Shown here piece after piece: positions 1 to 12,595 of a stretch of 64,000 nt of DNA; positions within the stretch are counted from its first letter, which is position 1, and every line of letters starts with the position of its first letter. The position numbers and the translations under genes are program-made. Under the pieces are notes generated by a model. The model worked only from the letters and a program-made list of their open reading frames with translations. It was not told the DNA's origin and ran no database searches. Origin of the DNA: Octopus bimaculoides (lineage: Eukaryota); NCBI RefSeq assembly GCF_001194135.2, contig NC_068990.1, forward strand, positions 89,630,740-89,694,739, read 5' to 3'.

Positions 1-49
<49 letters not shown>

Positions 50-70
50 TAATAATAATTATTATTATTA
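1..70. repeat. (AAT)n followed directly by (ATT)n microsatellite
   Basis: Direct reading; the two tracts are reverse complements. Confidence 0.95.
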
Positions 71-539
71 TTCGTTTCGTGCCGAAATCGCAGCAGCTTC
101 CACGAATCAGTGGCGGCACAGATTTCGTGAAGGACAGGTTAACGATCACTGTTATGGTGATGCGTGCTGAAGAAGCTAAGGCATATTATTGTCAATGCAG
201 AAACTAGTCCACGTAAATCTATATGTATGTAAGTAAATTGTCTTAACCAATTTTGCCTTCGTTTGATTTCTGTAGTAATCACCAGTGTATTTTTGGCGAT
301 TTAATAACCAGTTTTGACTATTATTTCAAGCAGGTAGACATACTTAGTATGTCCTTTGATTAATTACAATCCCTCGGCTATTTAAATGCCATTTTTGGCC
401 TTCAGTCGCCTGTATCATTGATTCTGTTATTATCATTCTTAAATTAGTGACATTGGATAATAATATAATTAACGGTACCTTTGTAAGTTAATTTTATAAT
501 TTGAAGAAATATTTCTTCAATGAATATATTACATAAACG

Positions 540-575
<36 letters not shown>

Positions 576-602
576 GTGTGCGTGCGTGCGCGCGCGTGTG
601 CG

Positions 603-633
<31 letters not shown>

Positions 634-1843
634 GTGATTATCTTCCATAGTCAGATTGAACCTTATAAAAATGTTTTGTATCACTGTTTGTATATACATA
701 CACGCATACATACATACATACATACATACAAACAAAAATACATACAGTTATACATACATACGCGTATTGTTCATTTGCAAACCTTCAGAATAACATAAGG
801 AAAACACTCCGTAATAAATAAATGAATAAATAAATAATTATATAAACAAATTAATAAATAAAAAGACGCGTTTGCTCCGGAGAAGGCACTATTGTCCAAT
901 AAGATCAATGCAATAAAACAAAAAATACCATGAGAAGGAAAATAGAACAAATTTCAGTTATTTGGTTTGATAAAATATATTCTATCGACTTAGGCAACGT
1001 TAATTCTTAGAAATCCAAGTGAGGCAAGGTTTATTTCAGAACTTGTTTAGCTTCTACAATTCTAAGTGTTGGAAATCCAAGAAATTCTTTTGTGCTTAAT
1101 TTCTTCATCTGCACTAGAATTTTATTTGGTTTTGTGAGAAGGCTCATGCTTATATATACTATGTTGGCTTTTAAGCAATGAATAAATTTATGCTGTCACA
1201 AGCAAGCGCATTCATAAAGAAACACATAGACGCGCATCACTAAAAAAAAAGTGGACTGCTTGCTGTATCTGAAGAATAACGTGAAACGGTGTTTGTCTCG
1301 TGGTATAAAAGAATATGCGCGCGCACCATGAACACATACACTTGCACATACCTATAGATCATACATTTATTTATATATAAGGTGAGATAATATACTAGAT
1401 AGATACATATACATATTTATACACATGTATATATGTACATATATATCTATGTACTTGAAAAAGTATGGGATTGCTTGCGTGCTTGTCTGTAATTTCATAC
1501 AGGCAAACCAGCGCATAATGGGAAAAAACTCAGAAAGGTACGCCTGAAATCTGAACACAAAGAGAATAAAACAAATCGGATTCCCGCGATATGCAGTTAA
1601 TTTTGGGTTTGTTTTCACAAATTTAATCAGCAAAACATGGAGTTATTGCCCTTTACTGTAAATCGTCTAAATGAGCCACTAATGGATAGTAAACNNNNNN
1701 NNNNATATATATATATATATATATATAAATGTATGTATGTATGTATATATTTGCGCGCATGTGTGTGTATATACATATATATATGTACATATGCATACAT
1801 ATATATATGCATATATACATATATATTTATATCTATACATACA

Positions 1844-1907
<64 letters not shown>

Positions 1908-2069
1908 CAAAATATTTAGTTTACAGTTCCGTTATAGGTTGGTTCAACAAAATAGGTACTGCAGCTAGTGAGATGTAATTATCATTTAATATACACACCC
2001 TCCCACATCGGAATATCTCAGACACACAACACTGTTTAACATTATTCTTCAACGTTAACTTCTCTACTG

Positions 2070-2109
<40 letters not shown>

Positions 2110-2473
2110 GTTTGCGTTTGTGTGTGTGTGTTTGTGTGTGTGTGTATGTGTGTGTGTGTGTGTGTGTTAGTGTGTGTGTGTTTGTGCATTTGTGCGTTTC
2201 TATACTTTTGTGGCTTGTATGTACCTTTACGTGTGGCCATGTTTCTATAAACACATATACTTTTGTTAGCAGTTAACATAGTATACATAAAGTTGAGATT
2301 TACAAAATCAAATAAAATTGCAGTGTAGATGAAGTAGTTAAGCATTAAGGCAATTTCTTGGACTTCTCAACTCTTATAATTGTAGAAGCTGTACAACTTC
2401 TCGAGCAAATCTTTTTATAATTTGGTTTTTCAAGAGCTAGCTTTGCTTAATTTCATGTAAGATATTTTACCAA

Positions 2474-2697
2474 CAGAAATAGTTGTAGCTGCATGGAATT
2501 TTGTCAGTGAACAGGTCGCGGTCTCAAAGCGACGAAAATATTTTGGCAAATTAAATTTAAATGTTGAAATGAATCTAACAGTTTTTGTGTGTTTTAAATG
2601 GCTTATAAACACCTTCCACGCTGCAATTATTTTCGTTCCAGCATTCGATCTCAGATCAGGTCACTTGCTATGCAAGTACATCTCCAGAAATAGTTGT
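2474..2697 (+). mobile_element. ~200-bp hammerhead-carrying repeat (retrozyme/Penelope pLTR-like), family F
   Basis: Body matches 11167-11445 (two orientations). 13-bp direct repeat CAGAAATAGTTGT at 2474-2486 and 2685-2697. Contains the hammerhead-like fold at 2500-2550. Confidence 0.7.
2500..2550 (+). ncRNA. Putative minimal type I hammerhead ribozyme, G3-C8 core variant
   Basis: TTTGTCA|GTGAACA|G|GTCGC-ggtctcaaa-GCGAC|GAA|AATATT|T|TGGCAAA: 7-bp stem I (one G-U), 5-bp stem II, palindromic stem III, H17=U. Confidence 0.55.
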
Positions 2698-4149
2698 GTT
2701 TTTTTGTTTTGTTTTGTTCCTGTGTGTTTCGTTTTCATTGTATTAATGGTGTTGTTACACCGTCGCGCCTAATTCCAAACAAACGTATCTACTGTGATGA
2801 TTCCATTGTTATTCAGAATGTTTACAAATAAACAAAGCTTGAACTCGTCGTATTATGAAGTAGATAAAAAAGTGAATTGTTCTCAGTGTAAGATCGAACG
2901 TACCGTATATTAACGTCAATACAAAGTAAACCAATATTATTTCTAATATTAAAGAATTCTGAAAGTCAAACTTTATGTCCAGCTTAATGTGGATATTTTG
3001 TTAGAACACCGGAGAGGGTTTCTTTAGGCAAATAACGCAGTATTCGATGATGTAGCGAAACATCCTCGTTAAGTTGGATGTAAAGATTGCCTTTTGACCT
3101 TAACACTGCTTCTGTCACTACGAAACATTATGTAAAGAATTCAATTTTAGGATTATAGACACACAACCGCACATACATAGACACACACGTATATATGTTT
3201 TAGGATTACTAAACTTTTTATGATTAAAGTACTTAAAGTCTATAATTAAAGCATCACATATTTCCTGGCATTTCAGTAGCAATCGTTGTCCAGTGCTACC
3301 CACAAATGATATTTCAATGAATTACTTGTGATAAAGATCGCATCCTAGACTGTTCCTTCCTACCATGATAAATTTGATACTCACATCAACTCTGTTTCTA
3401 TGCTCTCATATATGTGGTCATTGAACCAGTTGTTACAGATCTGAGTCACTTTTATGCACACACATCTACAACTATTATCTCTCTGTCTAAGCATCATCTC
3501 AACCCAATGATTTAACAGCAAGTATTTGATACTGAAACACATTTTGTTGAACTAATTACGAGTCAACAAGAGAATCAATTTTGGTACCAACTTTTACTTC
3601 ACTTATAAAGCTTTACTATCACCAACTAAATGCTCTACTCTCCCTAAACCATTCGGTCTTAATGCTAACTTCTTTCTAAGTTAAAGAATATTATTTTTAT
3701 CATTTCATCACACATTTAAACCTCTTTAAGTCCCAGTTCTTCACCTTACAAATTCTATAATCTGAAGATATATATTTATCCGCTGACAAATTAAATACTT
3801 TTGTCACTATAACATATAACATATAACATCATATAACGATCTTAAATATGGAACACTTAAACTGCGCTACACAATATATAAAAAGGTCACTGACATATGG
3901 TGTCAGTTCGAAAATATCTTGAATAATAATTGGATGAATATACAAGTATTTTTAACCGCAGAAGATTCCCCATTAAAATTTAAAATATCATTATTTGAAT
4001 TTTTAGACTTCTTTCCTTCTAATATCACATTAAAATGTAAAAAACGTATTCAAGATTAAAAAAAAAAAAAAACCTTCATTACATTATTTGACTCTTGTCC
4101 AGAATCCTCAAATTTATTAGACTCCCTACGTTCCAGGACATGCCAGCAT

Positions 4150-4300
4150 TTCCAGTAATAACATTGACGTACTCAATGATATTGACCCCAACATAATGAA
4201 ACATTAATATGCAGTTAATATAGACGTAGCTTCTCTCTGCACCGCTTTGCTTTTTCTCTCATCCTTGAAGTTAATAACCAACTGTGCTACCTTTATTGCT
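4150..4300 (+). pseudogene. Possible very decayed Penelope-like RT fragment
   Basis: Translates ...YAVNIDVASLCT, resembling the PLE RT motif VxFDVxSLYT; stops present. Confidence 0.25.
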
Positions 4301-4883
4301 TCGGCCTCACGTACTCAGTTATTCACCAACTCTTGACATTATTGAGGACTAAGCCTACTTCCATTTCAGGACTTTACCTATGAATATGCTCACAAATCGA
4401 GAGTGCCTAAGTGGTTAGCTCTATTGAGTTTAGCAGCCATCACATACATGATTCAGCTACTCCTCCGTTTTCTTCTGCAGATATACAAATGTAATTCTCA
4501 TGCTATTTTGTTCTTGTCAGGAGGAAAATGACTGATATGACATGTCCCAGGACACCAGGAAATGAAAACTTTAAACATAACCTCGATAGCGGATCTTTCT
4601 CGTTGGTCGATTTCTGACTCAAAATTATAAATGAAGTATCCATCATGTCAACTTTCACATGAAATCCGCTGGCATCTATTTGTGTGTTATTGACAGCCTT
4701 CTTAACACGGAGTCTTATGTATAATGCATGCCTTCACTCTATAAACCACCCCATTTCCTTTGTGAATCGACTATGTGCAAGCTTTCAATATGGTTTTGTC
4801 TCTTTATTGTATTAAAACTACTCTACGTAACATGACCGTGCGTATCCAGTGGTGTTACTTTTTGTTTATTATTCATATTGTAA

Positions 4884-5117
4884 AGGGCGGCGAGCTGGCA
4901 GAATCTTTAGCACACCGGACGAAATGCTTAGTGGTTTTTTTGTCTGCCGTTACGTTCTGAGTTCAAATTCGGCTGAGGTCGACTGTGTCTTCCATCCTTT
5001 CCGGGTCGATTAAATAAGGACCAGATACGCACTGGGGTCGATGTAATCGACTTAATCCCTTTGTCTGTCCTTGTTTGTCCTCTCTACGTTTAGCCCCCTG
5101 TGGACAATAGAGAAATA
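4884..5117 (+). mobile_element. tRNA-derived SINE, family A (full length, tail type 1)
   Basis: A box TGGCAGAATC, B box GAGTTCAAATT, core GTCGACTGTGTCTTCCATCCTTTCCGGGTCGAT (MetaSINE-like from recollection). 16-bp TSD ATTATT(C/T)ATATTGTAA at 4868-4883 and 5118-5133. Confidence 0.9.
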
Positions 5118-6344
5118 ATTATTTATATTGTAAGCCCCGTGATTTTCTTTATGCATTTGTCTGTAGGCTTCTTTAATGATTCCTTTTGATATAGGGATTG
5201 TTTTCTGATTTTAGCCTCAACAATCTTTAAAATGCGAATATTTTACCAAATATTTTAACAATACGATTCGTGCAACTGAGACTACAACTCAGCCAAGAAG
5301 CATCTCTTTTCTTCATTCGCGAAACAGACCGGTCAACCCACTTCCCAGGTAATAGTTTTTGTAATTTAAATTCATATAATTGCTTTTTATTACAAGAATA
5401 AAATGTTAAATTTACAAAAATTGTAAAGTATTAATAACAAAATAAATTAATTCATTCCCGTCATAAAGATTTTATAAAATGAATCAAAATGAAACAAGAT
5501 CACAATTTCAAAGTCTGAAGATCATCGATATTATTTTGTCACCAAAATAATTAATGTTTACGCCATGAACATAGTTTCACTGCAATTAATTTTTCTTTTT
5601 CATCTAAATTTTCGTAAAGTTGCCAAACTTTCGAAGTGATTTCGCAGTACATTTTTACGTATTTATTATATTTTGTCAGATAACCTATTCATTTTCTCAT
5701 AATCAAATGAGACAATTTAATTCTTTCGAACAAATATTTATGTATTTAAGTTGTCATCACTGTATAATATAAAAACGGAAGCGCATGTTATTTGTGTTTG
5801 TACAAATATTGGAAAAGAACAAGAGCGTGAGAAAAAAAATGAAAAGAGACAGGGGTGGTAACTGCTGGAGAGAAGTGAAAAATATCACCGAAAAAGTAAA
5901 ATAATAGGATGATGACATATTAAGTCAATAACAAACTGTATTAGATGACTAAATAGAGTGGGCAGCAAACATATACTGTGGCCAGTAGAAGAGTGATGTG
6001 CCATAATTGTAATGTCAGTTTGATGAGGCTTCACCATAGTGTTATAAAGACTCCTTCGCTTGAAAAATCTCCAAAACAGAATTTTATTGAAATATTTCAC
6101 ATTCAATCATGAAGTTAAAACCAAGTAACAAGAAATAATTACAGTAATTAAACCCTCCATTCGTGCAGTGATTTCGTAGCAAACAGGTTAACAGTATTAT
6201 AAATACAACTACCGTAGAGTATTGATTATAAAAATTATATTACGAATGAAAATAATATTTATTTTAAAACTTTAACACAATACATGATTTAGTTTCAGCA
6301 AACATACACACACGCACGCACGCACACACGGATATATGATTATA

Positions 6345-6569
6345 CAGTAATCCATCGAATATCGCGGGTGTTACGTTCCAAAATCCCTCGCGATTGGTGA
6401 AAATCCGCGAAGTAGAAACAGTACCGTACTGTATATTTCTTTTAGTATTTTTATAATTCATACATATTTTTTTTAATTATAAATGCAAAACAACACCACG
6501 GAGGAATAAACGTAAGATTAAATAATAAACCGCGATAGGTGAACTACAATATGGCGAGAGATTATACTG
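6345..6569. mobile_element. pogo/Tigger-like MITE
   Basis: Imperfect TIRs CAGTAATCCATCGAATATCGCGG ... TATGGCGAGAGATTATACTG, with TA on both sides. Confidence 0.7.
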
Positions 6570-6643
6570 TATATATATATAAATATGCATACATACAAAT
6601 ACGCACACATACATATGCGCATGCGCATGCACATATATGTATA

Positions 6644-6859
6644 TCCTTTTCTACTCTAGGCACAAAGTTCGAAATTTTTGGGAAGGAGGTCATTCGTTTA
6701 GATCGATCCCCAGTACGCAACTGGTACTTAATTTATCGACCCCGAAAGGATGAAAGGCAAAGTAAACCTCGGCGGAATTTGAACTCAGAACGTAGTGACA
6801 GACGAAATACCTCTACGCATTTCGCCCGGCGTGCTACCATTTCTTCCAGCTCGCCGCCT
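6644..6859 (-). mobile_element. SINE family A (tail type 2)
   Basis: Reverse complement of the 4884 head and core (GAATTTGAACTCAGAACGT, CCCCGAAAGGATGAAAGGC) with a different 3' tail. Confidence 0.9.
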
Positions 6860-6986
6860 TATGNNNNNNNNNNNNNNNNNNNNNNNNNNNNNNNNNNNNN
6901 NNNNNNNNNNNNNNNNNNNNNNNNNNNNNNNNNNNNNNNNNNNNNNNNNNNNNNNNNNNNNNNNNNNNNNNNNNNNNNNNNNNNNN

Positions 6987-7028
<42 letters not shown>

Positions 7029-7939
7029 CATTTAAAGAATATGTTGGAGAACGCTAAAACAAGCATGGTATAGATATTCACAAAGTAATGCTCGCATAAA
7101 TAGGAACTCAAGTTCCAACTCCGTCATCCAGTGCTGGTAACTCCAGTGTAGAAAGTCAGCCACAAGAATGATTTCGTCGACCGAGTTTGAATCTAGAAAG
7201 CTAAATAAACACAGGAAGCCATAATGGAGTACGAATGAATAGAAGAAATAATGTAGTAGTCCTATCCAGACAGTTCTTTTGAGTAGGTTAAAACCATGTC
7301 TATTTTTTGATGGAAAATTGAGATGTTGCCGTTGTATGAAATAATACGAACTTTATAGATCCGTGAGGCGAAATAATGTCACCCCTCCATCAGAAGATTC
7401 TGAGTAAAAGCTGGCTAAAATCAAATGAGGGTGATATGATTTCATCTCACAGATCTCTAAACATTCGTGTTTTTCTATATACCTATTATATTATTGGCCT
7501 TTATTACATAATAAAGATGGCTACAGCATAAATCCTTCTTTACAGCTGTCAAAATAAGTCTGTTACATCAATTCATTTGCTAATTTGTATTCCATTTAAG
7601 TATATTCATTATTACTTGTGCTTATCTGCCTTATATACATATATACTTGTATAATAGAGTGTTCCGTGATAGAAAATTCAACAAAAAAGTAAAATATTTA
7701 TTTAAAGGGCTCAATACATGTATTTGAGTGCTACTAATAGTCTCATATGTTGAGAAATACTCAAACATAATCTTCAGGCTCAAACTACACATAAAGAACA
7801 AAAAAAAAAGTCTGAATAATATAAGAAACCCGAAAACACTGAGAATGCTCCCGAACCAGTTGCTGAGTGTCCAACTCGTAAGGGATCGATGATAGATGTG
7901 TCTTCCATTTTCCATTTTTATGTGCCATATACATAAATA

Positions 7940-7999
7940 AATGTATGTATGTATGTATGTATGTATGTATGTATGTATGTATGTTTGTATGTATGTATG

Positions 8000-8033
<34 letters not shown>

Positions 8034-8048
8034 TGTATGTATGTATAT
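7940..8048. repeat. (TATG)n microsatellite
   Basis: Direct reading. Confidence 0.95.
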
Positions 8049-8064
8049 AGTTGGAATTTACAAG

Positions 8065-8195
8065 AAACAAAACAGACGAAGACGGGTGTGTAAATAACAA
8101 ACAGATGTATTAGCTTAACGCTCGGGAAGTGTGAAAGTCTTTTACGTTTCGAGCATACGCTCTTCAACAGGAAGGAACACAGAATTAAGCAGAGA
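8065..8195 (-). mobile_element. Penelope-end-like repeat, family G, with hammerhead-like motif
   Basis: Near-identical to 17255-17385. Minus strand 8139-8174 reads CTTC CTGTTGA A GAGC GTAT GCTC GAA ACGT A AAAG. Confidence 0.7.
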
Positions 8196-8684
8196 GAGAG
8201 AATATATATATATATATATATATATANNNNNNNNNNNNNNNNNNNNNNNNNNNNNNNNNNNNNNNNNNNNNNNNNNNNNNNNNNNNNNNNNNNNNNNNNN
8301 NNNNNNNNNNNNNNNNNNNNNNNNNNNNNNNNNNNNNNNNNNNNNNNNNNNNNNNNNNNNNNNNNNNGTGTGTATGTATATATATGTATGTATGTCTGTA
8401 TGCACGTATGTACGTTTGTGTGTATGTATATATATGTGTGTATGTGTGTTCGTGTATGTGTATCTATGTATGTCTATATATATGTCTATCTATGTCTCTC
8501 TCTCTCTTTCTCTCTCACTCTTTCTCTCTCACTCTCTCTGTATATATATGTCTATATATGTATGAATATATAAATATACGTTTGCATGTATTTAGTTATC
8601 TATCTGTACACACACACACACAAACACACACACATATATATACACAGTCAATTCAAAAACAGAGAGAAAAAAGGAAAAAAAAAA

Positions 8685-8795
8685 AACAAGCAAACGTGAG
8701 GACGCTCGGAGAAAGAAAAGAGTTGTCGTTTTACGTTTTGAACATAAATCTTCGTCGGAAACAGGAAAAACAGAGGAGTCCAAAGTGAAAGAAGG
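8685..8795 (-). mobile_element. Diverged family G copy
   Basis: GACGCTCGG...TTTTACGTTT shared with the 8.1 and 17.3 kb copies. Confidence 0.55.
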
Positions 8796-8823
8796 AAGAA
8801 AAATCGCCAATAGTCCGCGTGTG

Positions 8824-8878
<55 letters not shown>

Positions 8879-9486
8879 TGCGCGAATACGTGTGTGCGTG
8901 TGTACACGTATATATGAATTTATATTTATATAGTTTGTGTACGTGCGAATGTATGCCTCCGTGTGGTCTGATTTTGTCAGTTTGATTCTGCATTTAATAG
9001 GATGTGTTTCTACGTGAAACCCTGCGTAGCAGGTATTGCGATATTTTCGTGATGTTTTGTAGCTTTAATAATAATAAAGCATATCTCCGGTATTCGAGTA
9101 CTATCTTTTCCACCTTGTTTCACATTTATGTGGTTTGGTATACAAATATATATATATAGCTATGTCCCTCTATATGCATACGTGAGTGTATATATTCATT
9201 TTGAATCTCTATATGTATGTGTGTGTGTGTGTGTGTGTACACATATATATGGACATCTGTAATTATATTTATGCATATGTATATGCGTATATATACGACT
9301 ATGTATATATATGTATGTAAATGTATATACATATACGTATATATATATATACTTGTATTTTCTATGTATATATGCTTATGTATGTATATAAGTATGTATA
9401 CATAAGTGTGTGTTGATATACCAGAATATACACAGATACGTGAATTTATTTATTTATTTCTACTTGCATTAAAATCTCTTATTCTG

Positions 9487-9533
<47 letters not shown>

Positions 9534-10095
9534 TTTAGTTTCTTTTAAAATTTTCTTTGCTGAATTAGTTTTAAACATTTAAATTTATCCTTTTTGATTT
9601 GCTGCTTTCGTATTGTTTTGTGTATCATAATACTTTATTTGTATTTGGCTTTCTGGATTTCTGATTTGACCCAAAAGCTTTCATCTATTCTCATATTCAT
9701 ATTTTATTTACTTCTTTAGTTTTAAGTTCAATTCCCAAAATAACTAAAGTGCTTATATTAGTTTGGAAAACTGGAAACGCTTTTACGTACCAGTTATACG
9801 CTGCTATTGCCATCCGATTGACTTTATTCCATGTGGTATTCTCATTATAATATTTCTATCTTTGTTTTTCTATCGGTTTTAGTTTTAACCCAGCACAATA
9901 GCTTATGGTCCCAGAATGAAAAACTTAGATAATTCGGTTAAAATTATATATTTTATCACGATACAAGTATGTGAGGAATTTTTTTAGATGATTTGGAATC
10001 CTATTTGATTCTTGAGGAATAATTTTCATTTCAATTTGTCGTCGCTCGTATATGGATCTATAATTGTTTATTCAGGCCTCAGGCATCCTCTAAGA

Positions 10096-10199
10096 CAGTG
10101 TATCTTAACCTTTTCACACAGTGATTCCCAACTCATTTATTTAACTGAGTTTTTCCACGGACCCCTCTTAATATGCCTACCCTTTTGCGTGTGTATATG

Positions 10200-10267
<68 letters not shown>

Positions 10268-10330
10268 TTTGAATTTAGTTCACGGACCCCTCGTACTACC
10301 TTTGCGGACAACCAGGCGTCCAATCCACTG
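10096..10330. mobile_element. hAT-like MITE remnant with internal (CA)/(TA) microsatellite
   Basis: Ends CAGTGTATCTTAACC ... CCACTG, internal CACGGACCCCT twice, flanks CTCTAAGA / CTCTATCT (partial 8-bp TSD). Confidence 0.45.
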
Positions 10331-10904
10331 CTCTATCTGGATCCAGAGTAAATGTGTTACAATAGAAATGAAGATAAATGTATTGCTAGGGAGAAACTGA
10401 ATGCGGATACTTTTTCAACCACAATTCCACTTTATCTACGGTGCGAGCATTTGCGAAAATAAATTCGTAATTGAAAAATAAAAAGAACAAACAATGGTAT
10501 AGACAAAGCATTAAACATTTTGATGAAGAGTGTGTTCCTTCTATTTTCGTCTTTACGGTCTCCATTGATAGCTGCTGTGAAATATTTAGTTGCTGTTACA
10601 GCTTTCTCTGTAATTGGAAACTGAACATTGATTAACATCTTATTCTTTATGGAAACAAGGAAGTCATCAAGAATAATTATCAAACAAACCTAAAATACGA
10701 AATTCAGGTAAGGGCAATTAAACGTGCAGCGGCAGGACATAATTCGTTATAATTAATTTGGTGAACCAGAATGCAGATAAATTCAGTTTAAAATTCACGT
10801 TTATCGGTATTCAATGTGGTTAGATTTACGTGACAAATACTTGTAGTAGAGTGGACAGCGCTAAAGACATCCAAGATGCCAGGCTGAAGTGTTAAAAAGG
10901 GTGA

Positions 10905-10965
10905 TGAATTAAATGTACTATGTAGACATGGTGGGATTTGAACTCAGAAAGCAAATAACCAGAAC
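10905..10965 (-). mobile_element. Degenerate SINE family A fragment
   Basis: GGGATTTGAACTCAGAA is the reverse-complement B box. Confidence 0.45.
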
Positions 10966-11166
10966 ATGTACTCCAAGGTATCCCATCTAACATCCTGACA
11001 TCTCCGTCCTGGACTTGTAATTTTTTAATATCGACTCCAAAACTATGAAAATAAACGTTGAGTTGCTGTACCTCTTTTGTTTCAGTTTTTAAAATTATTC
11101 TGTAGCTACATTCACGCATTTTCGTTGAAGAATAGAGTCATGGATTTTTCATCGACTAAGTGGATA

Positions 11167-11445
11167 TTTGCAGCGTGGAAGGTGTTTATAAGCTATTTAA
11201 AAACACACAAAAACCGTTAGATTCACTTCAACATTTAAATTTAATTTACCAAAATATTTTCGTCGCTTTGAGATCGCGACCTGATCACTAATTTTGTCAG
11301 TGAATTGGTTGCGGTCTCAAAGCGACGAAAATATTGTGGTAAATTAAATCTAAATGTTGAAGTGAATCTAACGCTGAAATTGTTTTTGTTTCAGCACACG
11401 ATCTTAGATCAGGTCACTTGCTATACAAGTACATCTCCGTAATAA
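11167..11445. mobile_element. Head-to-head pair of family F repeats forming a 159-bp imperfect palindrome
   Basis: Arms 11215-11289 and 11299-11373 are reverse complements with about 7 mismatches in 75 bp; both match 2498-2690. Confidence 0.85.
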
Positions 11446-12362
11446 GTGAATATTATTTTCTTAGAAGTAGCAGCTAAAATTTTTGTACGGGGAACACTCA
11501 AAATAATTTCACAATTTTCTAAGTAAATTTAGTTCCCTTTGAATAGCTTAATACCAAACAAAGATAAATATCCAACACTTAAAATGTCTCATTCTTCATA
11601 AGTGTTTGGCATTATAAGAAAGCTGAGACGTAGTTCATATTTCAAATAGATTATTGCAACAATTAGTGAATTAGATTGGATAATATCTCTGGAGGCCGGT
11701 CAGTTTATAACAAGTTTTAATTAACTAAACGTTCTAATGGCAATTTAGAAGGTACTTATACGAGCTATAATTGGAGGGTGCAGCTGCAGAATTTCGTAGA
11801 CATTGGATAAGTCCATTTGTTATCTATGTTTACATGGAATTATAAGGTATTAATGTATCTCAGGTAACATAGCTGTGGTCTAGTACAGAGAGATAACAGG
11901 GCAACGCCGTAGCAGGATGGTGAGAGGGAGTACTATGTTAAGAGAAGTAAAGCTAAGTCAGAAGGAATGAACAGATAAAAAAGAAGTGATAACTGAGAAG
12001 ATAGCAATTAGCGATGGGAGAAGTAAAAGCTGAAATCGAAAGATGACAGAATTGAAAAATGAAGAAAAAACGATTGAAGATGTAGAAAAATGACAAAGTG
12101 AAATATAAAAACATTAAAAAAATGAGGAGAAGCTGAGGTAGTATGAAAGGTTTTAATATATTACATCAACAGTGAACAGTGATGAAGTTTTTGGAAATCC
12201 TCGTTTGAAACTCCCAGAAAGGGATTAAATGGAGCCGCTTGAAACAGCCGTAATGCACTGATACGTGGAAATCCGAGTTATTTCTTTGCTTTCTATCTAT
12301 CTATCTATCTATCCATTCGACGATTTTCGGCACAGTTTTCTTCCACTAAATTTCAGAGTATT

Positions 12363-12595
12363 TATGTCTTTATTGCCCACAGGGAGGCTAAACATGGAGG
12401 GGATAAACAAGGACAGACAAAGGGATTAAGCCGATTATATCGACCTCAGTGCATAACTGGTACTTATTTAATCGACCCCGAAAGGATGAAAGCAAAGTCG
12501 ACCTCGGCGGAATTTGAACTCAGAACGCAGTGGCAGACGAAATACCGCTAAGCACTTCGCCCGACGTGCTAACCACTCTGCCAGCTCGCCGGATT
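12363..12595 (-). mobile_element. SINE family A (tail type 1) inserted into a family B SINE remnant
   Basis: Full head, core and tail. 13-bp TSD ATTTCAGAGTATT at 12350-12362 and 12596-12608. Flanks join into a family B-like sequence. Confidence 0.9.

Noticed and set aside
70-230. Minus-strand LASSARITITVIV resembling the end of a cadherin repeat
   Set aside because: It lacks the DxNDN and other calcium-binding motifs and is bounded by stops.
10432-10683. 83-aa minus-strand ORF with a hydrophobic end
   Set aside because: No recognisable homology or convincing splice pair.
12171-12220. Other GTGAACA occurrences (also at about 30124 minus, 49608, 57103 and 60717 minus)
   Set aside because: None has flanking stem I complementarity with GAA plus a palindrome.
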